A stretch of DNA of 63,845 nt, filler included, from Ministeria vibrans ATCC 50519 (Eukaryota > Protista > Filasterea): assembly GCA_943704425.1 (NCBI GenBank). It is 6 parts of 6 records of this genome, joined end to end, with 100 filler letters (N's around TTAATTAATTAA, not from the genome) between each part and the next. Parts side by side here need not be neighbours in the genome. Positions count along the whole stretch, not along the records: positions 1 to 30,846 come from CALSCP010002840.1; 5 more parts are not named here. One strand, 5' to 3'. The notes beneath the pieces are model-generated. The model was not told the origin of the DNA, searched no databases, and was given only the letters and a program-made list of their open reading frames with translations. Positions 1-15,200 of the stretch are shown one piece after another (position 1 is the first letter of the stretch; every line of letters begins with the position of its first letter). The position numbers were made by a program, and so were the translations under genes.

Positions 1-184
1 GAGAGAGAGAGAGAGAGAGAGAGTGAGGGAGAGAGAGAGAGAGGATAAATAGAAACGAAGTGATAGAGGGAGAGAGAAGAAGAAGGAGAGAAGAAGGGGA
101 GGGGAAGAAGAAGTGGGAAGAAACAAAGAAATGACAAGATCACAGAAACAATAAACGTCAACACGTTCATGAGCCCCAACTGAC

Positions 185-2213
185 CTCTTCGCGGTGGAAG
201 ATGCCTGCTGCAAGGGCCGCGTCGGGGTCAGCAGTGCGGAACACGTCGACAAAGTGCTGGGCACAGCCAGCTCCACTCGACGCAATCACCGGAATAGACA
301 CTGCCCCCTTGACACTTGCAATCAGTTCACTGTCAAAACCGTTCTTTTGTCCGTCTACATCACCAGAAACCACGCTCAGACAGACAGAGAGAGAGAGAGA
401 GAGACGCGCGTATATAATTATATATTATAGTTATATAATATAATTATACAATTATATTGAGAAAGAAGGAGAAAGAGAGACAGAAAGAAACAAAGTGATA
501 AAGAAACAAAGTGATAAAGAAACAAAGTGATAAACTATAAAGAATCAAAGTGATAAAGAAACAAAGTGGGAAGGACAAAAAAAAAAAACTCGTACCGTTG
601 TCAATGAGGTTGAGGAGAATCTCACCCGCACCCAGCGCTTCGCACGCCCGTGCCAACTCATACGCCCCCAAGTCCACCCGCTCGCGCCCCCCCTTAACGG
701 TGCACTGGTACCACACATACCGCTCACCGTTGGGGCCACTGTGCAACGCACTAAACTCACACACAAGTCCCATATAAGCTATAAGGCTCCCGCAATATTC
801 ATCATAGTTATACCTTTCAAATGTGTGGTGCTTGGTATCAGACGGCTGTGCGACAAACTGACGCACAGGATCGACACTAATGACGACCGCCTGCGCGCCA
901 TACGCATGGGCAATTGTCTCAATTGAGGTCACGCCTGTCTTCACGCCCGTCGCAATGTACTCTTGCGCTGCCTTCACTGCGTCCGTTCCAATCGACACCT
1001 ACATCATTCATACGGAAGCAGAAAGATTTCGGTCACAACTCTAACCTTAACTCTCATCTCCTAACGAATACCTTGTCTGCGCCCGACCGGAAGTACAGAG
1101 CGGCCACTTCGAGTGCTCCGTGCACTGTCCCGTCCGGGTCAACAGTGTCCCGGATTCCTCCTCCAATTGTCAGTGGCACAAACACTTGTTCGCTCGTCTC
1201 TTCCAAAACCTATCAAGAGCAAGAAAGGTTAAAAATTCATTTTGAACCTGCTTTGTTTCTTCGCGTACTTTGAGCATTGGCTGATCGCTGAGAGGGCAAT
1301 CGCGGAAACTGGTGATGTTAAGCAAAGTGATTTCGTCAGCGCCTGCCTCGAAGTAGCGTCGGGCCAGCTCGACGGGTTTGCCCAGATTGCGAACATCGCG
1401 TGCGGTGTCGCGCACGTCGTACTGGTCGCCTTTGGTCACGACGATGTCCCCTTGGTCGTTGGAGCGCACATCCAGACACGCAATGATCCGCTTTGCAAGC
1501 CCTTCCTCGCCATTGCTCTTGTGGTCGGTCGTGGAGACTGCGCCGTCGCCGATGGGTCGTGAAAGTGTGGTGGTGGTGACGGGCACCTGAAGGAATCGCT
1601 CGAGGAGCCGCACGCCGGCCAGACCGCTCTTCTCCGGATGGAATTGGCTGGCAAAGACGTTGCCACGTTGGACAGCACTAATAAAGTCGCAGTCGCCGTA
1701 GCGCGTGGTGGCGAGCGTCCAGTCGGCGAGCGACGGGTCGACGGGTGCCATAAACGAGTGCACAAAGTAGAAGCGATCGTGACACGCGTCGCGCGGCAAC
1801 ACAAGGGACTCGGTCGCCTCGCTGTGCGCATAGCGAACACTGTTCCAGCCCATGTGAGGCACAGCTGTGCCGGCGGGCAACGAGAAGCGACGGATCGTCG
1901 CTGGGATGATGCCGAGACCCGCCACGCCTGGCGACTCTTCGCTCGCCTCAAACAGCGACTGCAGGCCAATGCAGATGCCCAAGAAGGGCCGCCCCGATCG
2001 CACATAGTCACGCAGCGCGTCCATCACCCCGAGATGCTCCAGTTTGGCCATGGCTGAGCCAAACGCGCCGACGCCGGGGAAGATCAGTTTGGGCGCCTGA
2101 GCAATTTCGGCGGCTGTCGAAATCACGCGTACCGAGCCTCCGTTGCGCTTCACGGCGTTCACAAGTGATCGCACGTTGCCTGCGCCAAAGTCTAGCATAC
2201 ACACATCATTCAT
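185..2213 (-). CDS. HIS7: Bifunctional imidazole glycerol phosphate synthase HisHF (glutamine amidotransferase + cyclase); last exon lies outside the window
   Basis: GATase motifs [28 protein letters not shown], then cyclase motifs [70 protein letters not shown]. Exons 2213-1269, 1209-1072, 998-814, 750-596 and 354-185 join in frame across GT-AG introns. Confidence 0.95.
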
Positions 2214-2291
2214 ATTTGACAAATGAAAATTGAAATGTTCAATCACTGTTCAATCAGATGAATGATCAATAATTTGATTCTTCTTTTCTAA
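2214..2291. promoter_or_regulatory. Probable bidirectional promoter between HIS7 and the lipase gene
   Basis: Only 78 bp of AT-rich sequence with repeated TCAAT/ATCAAT separate the two divergent ATGs. Inferred from geometry only. Confidence 0.45.
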
Positions 2292-5117
<2,826 letters not shown>

Positions 5118-5484
5118 ATAAACAAACAGTATACTATTGGACTTCATTTGGACATCATCGCCACGACTCTCCTGGTATTCACTGTCCACTCACCACTGAA
5201 AGCATCTACAAAGCTGCTCTCAAATAAGAGTCTCGATGAAATTGTGGTGCTATTGCCGCTTTGGGCTGAGCGAGTATTTTGCGGCTTGTTTGTTTTTCGC
5301 CGAGTTATCCCCATATAGATAAGAGAGTGAACTTCGCAACGAACTTTCAATCACGCAATCTCAACTCTCAAGACTCAACCAATTTTTTCTCCTCTTCCTC
5401 CACATAACTTATAAGCTATTTCCGCCACCCATACCGCCAAGCCTCAAGCTACGTCGCCCCTCTTTCTGTCCTTCTCCCTTAAAT

Positions 5485-6294
5485 ATGTCTCTCGAGGTAA
5501 AAAGAAAAAAAAAACAACTGAACTTGTGCGCTTTGGGCACTCGTAACTGCCGCTTATTCTGGCACGACACTCCCACCATACACGAGTACCTAACACGAAG
5601 CACCCTACAGTCGACTCGGCCGCGCACCAAGTCGTTGCACGAAATCTCGAACGAACTTGACTTGCAGTTCGTTGTGCCCTCCGCAACCTCCGCCGGGCCC
5701 TCCTCACCCTCCATCGCCATTCCCTCTGCGACGCAAAAGGGTGCCTTGCAGGGCGATGTCCCCTTTCTTCTCAGCTGCTCTCCAACAGAGAAGGGTATGT
5801 TTCACGCAAATCCTTCTCGACGCCAGCTCTCCTCCAACTCAACACCCACCATGTCGTCCGTGAACCCCAGTACTTCTACGTCGGTGACACATACCTCTGT
5901 AAGTAGAGAGTAGACGAATTGTTCGTGAGTGTGCCGCAATTGGACGACACACGCTCGGGCGTGCTTTCCAGACTAACACGCACTTCGCATGAACCCACGC
6001 AATTCGTAGGCGTCGCGCACATCGAGCGGCGGGATTCTTCGGAGGACTCGGTATGCGTCGTGTTCGAGCGAGCGCACTATCATCCCCGAGCACTCGCTTG
6101 CTGCATCGCCGCAACATGCACCGCCGACTGCTCCAGACTCACGCACTGACAAAGTTCGCGCTCGTGCCAGTGAGTTGAAAACACGCACATCAGACCAACT
6201 TGTCTTTCTCTCTCTCTCTCTCTCTATCACTTTGTTTCTCTCTCTCTATCACATTTTCTCTCTATCACTTTGTTTTTCTCTCTCTATTACTTTG

Positions 6295-6378
<84 letters not shown>

Positions 6379-6397
6379 CTTTGTTTCTCCCTCCCTC

Positions 6398-6428
<31 letters not shown>

Positions 6429-6574
6429 CTTTCTTTCTTTCTTTTTTTCTTATACTTACTCACACCCTCTATCGTATGCTATATATAGAGTCAATGCCGC
6501 CGGGACAAGCTCGATTTGGCGACGACCATTTGCGTGAGCCGCTTGTGACCGGCACGTTCAATCTTGAATTCTAA
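5485..6574 (+). CDS. Small spliced hypothetical protein (exon structure uncertain)
   Basis: ATG at 5485 followed by a GTAAAA donor, several GT..AG segments with CTAAC branch points, and a (CT)n intron. Candidate last exon reads SMPPGQARFGDDHLREPLVTGTFNLEF*. I could not phase all exons consistently and see no recognisable domain. Confidence 0.35.
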
Positions 6575-6705
6575 GCGAGCCGCCAACTTGAAAAAGCTTA
6601 ATACTTAACCTCTCTCTTCTATACAAATAGTCCCTATCGTTTTAATATTACTACTACTAAGTCACATTAACAATCGGTTACAATCGCCTGCATGGGCAGA
6701 CGGTC

Positions 6706-9118
6706 TTAGTGGAGGGCAATTCCGCGACTCTTTGGCAAAAAGAGGGCCATAAGACCCCCAAATGAGAGCAGCGCAAAAATCACTACAATCGGTACAATGT
6801 CATTGTCGCGCAACAGTCCAAAGATCTAAAAACGAGATAGAGTTAGAGCGAGAGAAAGAAATAAAACAGAAAGTGAACAGTGTGAGAAAAAGATCACAAA
6901 AGAGAGGCTGGTTACGAGAATGCCTAGAATGGCTCCGATTCGAGCAATGGCGGTGAGAAGACCAAAGGCTGAGGATCGCACTGCGGTAGGAAACAGCTCA
7001 GTGCTCACAATGTCAAGGGCATTCCAACCGCCCACTGTGAGCCCACTGAACAGACACAGCATAGCAGTCACCTAAGAAACACACACAGTAAGTGACCCTG
7101 CCTCTCTCTCTCTACTNNNNNTTCTCTCTCTATCACTTTGTTTCTCCCTCCCTCCTCTCTCTTTGCCCCCGTCGTCTTCTCCATACTTGAGTGGCATTGA
7201 GGTCAAACTTGAGGAAGAAGACAGCGACGCCCGCAGAGCACATGGACACCGCGAGTGTCTTACCGCGTCCGATCCAGTCGACAGAATACGCAGATACTAG
7301 GTACAAAAAGAGAAAGAAATACACATGCCCACACACATACATGCGCAAGCATCATTAATACAGCAAGAGAAAGTGCTTTTTTTTCACGTGTGTACGTACG
7401 TATGTTGCCTGGTAGTTGCGCGATGGTTGTGAGGAAGGAGTTGAGGTAGACGTCGCCCGACTCGCCACCCGTGCGCTGCTTGAAGAACTCAGGGATCCAC
7501 AGGGTGAGGCCGTAGTAGCCGAAGGAAAGGGAAAACCAGATGGAGAGCAGAATGAGTGTGGTGCGGCGCAGAAGAGGCGTCGCAAACAGCGCAAAGTACT
7601 CGTGGAGAAGACGACGCACACGCGACGAACTTGGGGTGGTGGTGGCGGAGACGACGATGGGGGTCAGGTGGAAGGCACGTGTGGTCCCCGGGGGACCAGT
7701 GCTGCTGCTAACAGGGTCGCTGTCGCAATGGTCACTCGTGCTATCAATGGCCGACTCGAACGACTCGTGTTCGAGTGCGAGTGGGCCGTGAGGGTGATTG
7801 ACGCGGTCCATGCGCAGAAGTACAGCCGTTGCCTGGCGTGTCTTGCCTGTGGTCAGCAGGTAGCGGGGACTCTCGGGAGCACGGAGCATGGCAAAGGCCG
7901 TAAAGAGCGATGGGAGCGCACAGAGCGCAAGGAAGACACGCCAGTCGCCCGAGAAGGGACTGTGCAGCACGCCGTATGCAAGGCCCACCGTCAGCAGCGA
8001 TCCAAACATCCAGCAAGCCGCAAGCAACACAATGAAGGCACCGCGCCGCGCCGACGGAAGAAACTCGGAGAAGTACGAGAATACAACAGGAATCGATCCA
8101 CCCACACTATATATAGCCAATAAACAAACGAACAACAACAACAACAACAAAAAAAAGAACAAAACCAGTCATGACACAACATAATCTCCTTTTTTCGACT
8201 CTCGTTCATACCCCACTCCCGAAATGAATCGAGCAACAACCAACCCGTAAAAGTTGGGATGCGTCGTATTGTCAAACGGTGGAATGACCGCCGAAAGAAT
8301 TCCCCCGACAAAATTGACACAGAGCGACGCAATAAGTGATATTCTAAAGTTCGTGGACGTGTAGCACAGTCAGACAGGTGAAATGCCAAACGCAACCTAT
8401 GTCTTACTTGCGACCTTTGCGATCGGCAAACGTTCCAAAATAGGGCCCGCCTATCATCATGCCGAGGAATATAATCGCGCCAAGCCAGGATGCCTCCGTA
8501 TCCGAGTCGGTGACATGCGACATGACAAAGGACACAGCCAACACCTGAAACAAGAGTTTAGTCTCTTTCTCTTTCTATTTGTCCTTTCTCTCTCTCTCTC
8601 TCTCACTTTGTCCTTTCTCTTTCTATCACTTTGTCCTTTCTCTCTCTATCACTTTGTCCTTTCTCTCTCTATCACTTTGTCCTTTCTCTCTCTATCACTT
8701 TGTCCTTTCTCTCTCTATCACTTTGTCCTTTCTCCTCTCTCTCCAACCACACGCCCCATACCTCTACAGCCTCGGCACTCTGGCACCACCCGCAGAGGAC
8801 CAGCAGGCCCCACTGGTAGCGTCCAAAGCCCACAAGATCAAGAGCCGTCTCCAGATCCATCGAACCGTCTGCACTGGGTCCTTTCGGTGGCCCTACCGCG
8901 TCAATGCCAATCGTTTCCCGCTCGTCCTCGTCGCGAAACCCATCGGCTACGACAATCTCTTCGGATGCGAGCAGGCCACGCCGCTCGTCGTCGTCTGCCT
9001 CGTCGTATCGCGACGCTTTCTTCATGGGCCCACTTTGGATCTCGCTCTCTTCGCTACAGCTCTCCTCCCGCTCGCACTTGGTGTCAATAGCAAGTGGATC
9101 GACTGGCCGAAGTGCCAT
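6706..9118 (-). CDS. MFS transporter, SV2/SVOP-like, multi-exon
   Basis: ALDLVGFGRYQWGLLVLCGW, VFSYFSEFLPSARRG, WRVFLALCALP, PESPRYL, WFSLSFGYYGLTLWIP, VDWIGR, TELFPTAVRSSAFG, ARIGAI. The last exon ends ...LPKSRGIALH*. Confidence 0.9.
8600..8735 (+). repeat. Intronic 23-bp tandem repeat (CTATCACTTTGTCCTTTCTCTCT) x ~6
   Basis: Read directly; same core as the 4301 and 55649 arrays. Confidence 0.85.
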
Positions 9119-9241
9119 GCAAATTAAATTGACGTGCAAATAAATACTTATTACCACCGAACTGAATCGATTTCGAAACAGAAAGCTGATAATCAAAAAA
9201 ATATGGACAATATAACTTTTTTTTTTCAATTTTTTGCTACG
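9119..9241. promoter_or_regulatory. Probable bidirectional promoter between the MFS gene and the giant LLTP-astacin gene
   Basis: 123 bp of AT-rich sequence between divergent ATGs (9118 minus, 9242 plus). Confidence 0.45.
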
Positions 9242-12200
9242 ATGAAGCTTCTTCTTGTCGTAACTGCTGTTGTTATGGCAGTGACAGGGTCAGCCGTCTC
9301 GCATGGCTTCCGACCAGGTCACGTCTACAGCTACCAGTACGCAATTGCAGTGCGTTTCCTTTCCAAACCCCCAAACTCGCACCAGCGCGTCTCTGCCGCC
9401 CCGCTGCGTCCTCCGCTGACCGCCCCCCGCGCTCTATCGTAGGTATTCAAGCCAGGTAGTCCAGTCGCGGTCTCCGCGCGACGCCCCTCACACTGGTTTG
9501 AAGGTAGCGACACAAAAACACATATATCGCACTCGTCGCAAACTGGCGCTACACTCCTTCCGACCCGCCCTGCCAGTGTCCATACCCCGCAACATCCCTC
9601 ACGGACACTACTGACACACACCGCCTTCCGCATTCACCCGTCTACGATTCATCTGTGATCTTATCTTTGTGTGTTTTCTTCTTCTTCGTCCTCCAGCTTG
9701 CGTGCAACACGCACTTCTTTGTCCGTGGCGTCCATGACACACCCGATTCCATTGCCTCTGATGATCCCGAGCTCATTATCGCGCTCAAGGTAGTATTTCA
9801 GCCGTTTTGGACATGGCTATTTTTGTCGCGTCCTTTTTCCCAATGAGTGAACTACTCCAGAGACACCGTAGAGACGCCATTGCGTGCCGGCAGTCTATGT
9901 ACCAATTCATTCATTTGATATATCGCCGCGATACCCAACTCTGTGCGCTCTTATTCCTCAAGGAAGTTTATTGACTCTTTGTTTTTGTCCTCTCTCGTCG
10001 CTCGTCATAACTCCCGCACGTCACCTCGCGTCCAACTGCACTTTCGCCCATCCCACTTAAACCTCTACACCTGTACCCTGTGCAAATGTCCCGTTGCGCC
10101 ACAGCGACGCCGTATGTGTGTATGTCCAAATGCGTTTTTCGCAATACCAAATATGATCGTAACTTGCACTGCGCATTTCTTTCCCCGTCCTTCAACCTCT
10201 CTCTCGCGTCCTCATCCAAATACCAATGTCATCTACGCATCGTATGATACCCTTCAGTCGCTTCGTTGCCGCTTGAAAACCTTTTTTCGCTTAACCGTTT
10301 TTTTCTTTTTCTCCTTCCTCAATTCCTCTCCCTAGATTGATCAAGTCAAAGTCTCGTCGCCTGTCGAGGGCACCATGTACCCACCCGCGGTCACGGAGGA
10401 GTACGCCAAGGGACTCACCCAGGATGTGTTCCACTTTACGCTTCAGGGCGGGCGGGTGCGCCAGGTGTGGGCTGCGGCAGACGAGGCAGTGTGGGCGACC
10501 AACATCAAGCGCGGCATTGTGTCGTCGCTTCAGCTTGAAACGCCTGCTCTCCTTGAGAATGGCCACTCCTTTGCCTCGGACGAGACCGACACAACCGGCA
10601 CCTGTCCCACCGACCACACGGTGCACCGCGACGATGCCACTGACGCCACCGCCTCGGAACACTTTGTCGTCGAGAAGACAAAGGACCTGGCGGCCTGTCG
10701 CAACCGTCGCGTCACTCACGGGCATGCCGCGCGTCCCGAGCGCGACGAGCCGATGCGTGAGGCGCTCTCGTCAACCTACAAGGGCCGCTACCACTTCCAC
10801 ACCGAGTCGGGCCAGCTCAAGCGCGCTTCCATTGTCGAGACGCACTTTTACGATCCGTACGGTTCGCTTGCGAGCGAAAAGGTCCATGCACACGCCCAAG
10901 CGCAACTCACCTTCATCAAGGCGCGTGCTCTTGCCTCGTCCAAGCGTTCGCAAGCCTCCAAGAACAAGCACACGAGCGTGCGCTCCGTCATCGACGACAC
11001 CGTCGCCGAGGATCGTCGCATCGCGCACACGCGTACGTCCCTCCACGTCGAGGACTGGCACGACACCACCGTCAGCGACGAAGCCAAACTGGACTTGCAG
11101 CGTCGTACGCTGCCCGAACAAAAGCGCCGCCTCACTTCCGAGGAACGTACCACACTCCTGCCGCGTCTCCTTGCCAATGTGCAGTTGGTGCACGCCAACC
11201 CGCGCGGCGAACTCTCCGTCTTCCTCGCCTCCGTCACCATCCTCAAGGAGCACCCGCGCCTCATGTTTCACCTGCGTGATCTCTACTTTAAGCCGGACGG
11301 TCTCTTTGTCGACATCATCATCAACATGCTCGTGGCAACCGGCACCGACGAGGGCTTCGACGACGTCGTCGACTCCGTCGTCGACATTCCCGCCTTCAAC
11401 AACACCCACCGCAACCACTTTCTCCTTGCCGTTGGTCTTCTCGACGAGCCCACCCCACACATGTTTGACACTATTATGCGTCTCGTCCGCTCCAACAAGG
11501 TCCGCTCCGGTCGATACTTCGAAGTGGGCGTCAACGCTCTCTTGGCCCTAGGCAACATGATCCGCCGTCACTCGGCCAGCGTCTCGCCTACCGCCCCTCA
11601 AGCAAGCTTTATCAAGGACGCCGCCGGAATTCTCCTGACGGGTCTTGCTGAGGCGACCCTCATGAAGAACTCTGACACAGAACTGCTCTACGTGCACGCC
11701 CTGGGCAACGCAGGCATCGGTGCTGCCGCTCCCATGCTCATCGCGCGTGCCCGTGATGCTCGCCATGCCACAATGCGCGAGGCGGCCATCCAGGCTTTTC
11801 GTCACATCGAGCCCGAACACGCTCCCGCTCAACGCGCCGACCTTATCACCCTGGCTCTCTCGCAAGCGCACCCCAAGCGCGACAACGAGCGCATCCTTGC
11901 TCTGCACACCGTTCTCGACACCGCCTCGCACGACGAACTCCGCACCATTGCCTACCACCTGCGCCACGAACGTTGCGAAAACGTCCGCTCCTACGCCTAC
12001 TCGCGTCTTCGCGCCATCTCCATTGACGACCCAGACATGGTACGCCGTCGCGTCACGCGCGATGCCCTTGACGACTTTGTCTCCGCCGGTGGCATCTGGG
12101 ACACCTCCCAGAGTAACCTTGAGCAGTTTGTCTTCACTCTGGGCTTCAGCCACAACCTTGAGTACTTCCTGGTGGGCGGCGACAAGTGGGGCATTTCTGT

Positions 12201-15200
12201 CGGTTGGGACCTTCTCGACACGGCCACCGTTACTCTGCAGTTTGCCGGCTCGCTTCGTCTGAATGCCGTCGTGCAGAATCGTCTCTTTGCCAATGCGTAT
12301 GCGTTTAGTCGCAGATTCCGTCTTCTGGATGTCGGCTTCAAGATCAACGGTCTCGACTGGGGCACGCGTCTTTGGAGCAGCCGCCGTCGTCAGGTCGAAG
12401 AATACGATGGTACTCAATTGGCGATGCCAAATGTGCCTGCGGCTCGCAGCGCAGTCAAGGCCTTTGAGGCACTTCAGGAGGCAAACCATTTTGGCGCGAC
12501 TCAGTATGAACGAGCAGTGGAAGAAATTGCACGTGCCGGTGACCAGCCCAACTTCTCGTCGTACTCCCCCTTTGGCGGAAAGAACAAGAGTCCACAAGAG
12601 AGTGGCGAATCTACACGTCTTGAATCGGAACCCGAAATGGAGCAGGCACATTCTCGCTCTCGACGTGGCGCCGGAGTACACGCAGTAAGTCAAGGGAGCT
12701 TGTTTTGTTTGTTTGTTGTTTTTTTCGACTCCTACTACAATAATAATATATTATTATTAATATATTTGAACTTTGTTCTCTCGGTTAGGGCGGTCGATGG
12801 GAAAATGGCATTGTGTACTACCATGTCAACGACAATGTGGACCTTGACATTCACTGGGCAAACATACAGGCAGGCATGGACTGGTACGAAGCGAATACGT
12901 GCATTCGCTTCTACCCCCGCACGACACAGGGCAACTTTGTCGAGTTCAAGGCAGATGAGGATGCTGACGTGTGCTCTTCAACTCTGGGCACTGTTGGTGG
13001 TGGTTTGGGCTTACAGACGGTTACACTGACGTCGCCCAGCACATGCTCCGTCAGTACAATGATCCACGAGCTCGACCATACCATCGGCACTCATCACGAG
13101 CAAACGCGCACTGGTTAGTGAAAATTTGTTTATTATAATTATTATAATATTAATATTTTATTGTGTGTGTACATGAGTTGCTCATGTGGTTTATGTGGTG
13201 CTAATGCACCCTGTATGGGGTGTGTGTGGTACTATTGTGCTCTGAATGTGGTGGTGGTGTGTATTGCAAATGTTTTGTTAATGGGCTCGATGTATGTTTG
13301 TGTGGGCCGTTTCACTTTGATTTTACTCACCACCGGCTTAGATCGCGACGACTTTATCACGGTGCTCTGGGACAACATTGCCGATGACAAAAAACACAAC
13401 TACCGCAAGTGGAACAGGTTTGGCGCAGCTGGTCATAACCACGGTCCCTACGATTACATTTCCAATATGCACTACTCTCGCTTTCAAGCATCCCAGCAAG
13501 TCTTCAGTACCCCTAACGCGTACGAATGATCATGGTTTTTCTATCAATAATTATTATTGATTCATTATTGATCATTATTTCTTTTATACATTTTATGATA
13601 ATTCAGATCCCAACCACTGGGAGGTAATGTCATGACCGCTGGAGACGTCGCTCATATTAGCTTTATGTACGACGAAAGCGGCATCTGCATTGATCCCCCC
13701 AACCGTTGCAACTACATCGTAAGATATCTTTACTCTATTTGCGTCTTGCCTTCCTCTCCCTCGTCGCCTTATCCACCTTTTTTAGGCGGTTCACGGCGAC
13801 ACGCTGTTCTCCATCAAGAGTGTTCTTAACGACAAGTTTGGCATGGCCATCACCGAGGAGGAGATCATCGAGCGCAACAAGGACACATTCCCCCTCATCG
13901 CATCTCTTCAGGCACTACTATTTGCGTTGGCCTTGCAAACGCCTAACACTTTCTATGTGTAGTTTGTGACTGCTGGATGGGAACTGGAGGTGTGCGACGA
14001 AGGTGGCACTCTAGAGTTTAAGCACAAGATCGAGGACGCTTTCAATCACCCTCACGTCGACATGGTCGACACCAACGAATTCCGTCTCAAGCTTGGCAAG
14101 GCGCCCTTTGAGAATGTTACCATCACCATTTCGACCACCAATAACATCCTCCACTACCCCGACTACTTCTACGGACCCATTGTGTTTAACGATCGCAACT
14201 GGAACATCTGGCAACTCATCAAGATGAATGTCACTGGCTCGGGCGCTGACACCCTCTCAATCACCGGTGTTGGCGGTGGCTTTGACGCTGCCCCCGCCTT
14301 GGAGATTCAGTTCCATGGAAGTGTCCCAGGTATCAATTACAGATTACAGATAGAAAAAAACAAAGAAGTTTATCACTCACACTGCGGCTTCTCCCCCTCC
14401 CTCCCTTTTTTATTTTTTATTTTGTCTTTCAGGCACTTGCGCTCCGTCTATTGACAATCCTCTTGACAATGTGAACCCACCCGATCCGGGCTCCAACAGC
14501 TCCATTGCATGCGAGTGTGCCAATGGCCTGGACTTCCAGTGCAGCGTCAAGTTCTGCTCCGTGTCCATTGGTCACTGTTCTCTCATCAACGGTCTTCCCA
14601 ACAGTGGTCATATTGGATCTCCCGTTGATGGACGTACGGTGACAACTCACATTGATGATGATGATTATTTTATTGTCATTTTTATTAACTTATTATTATT
14701 ACACTCATTTTTTTTTTTTTTTTGCTTAGCTGACTATTGGGAAACCTGCTCGGTGCCGGCACCCTCGTTGCCACAGTCGTGCACAGACTTTTGGAACACG
14801 ATTGATTGGATTCCCAATGGAATGCGAATCAATATGATCCATCAGTGTGAGGCTGTGCTTCCCGTTGGCGTCGATCCCGCCATTGAGAACATGTACAACT
14901 GTATTGAGAGCGAGTTGCGCTCTAAGATGGTCGATACCAGCATCTTCAGTGGTGCATACAGGGCCAGTATGCGTGCCGCCAAGCTTGCGGCACCCGAGTT
15001 TGACATTGAGGCGAGCGAGGCGTACTGGGCGTCGCTTTTACCCTCCGGCAGCCTCGACCTCTCAACCAAGCTCATCGATATCTTCGACAAGGCTTACGGC
15101 ACCTGCTGTTGTGCTCAGACGCCCGGTCAGTACGTCGGTTGGCTCACGTCGTTGCCCCGCGAGGTGCCCCCTGAGCTGGTCAACTTCAACAAAATCATCC

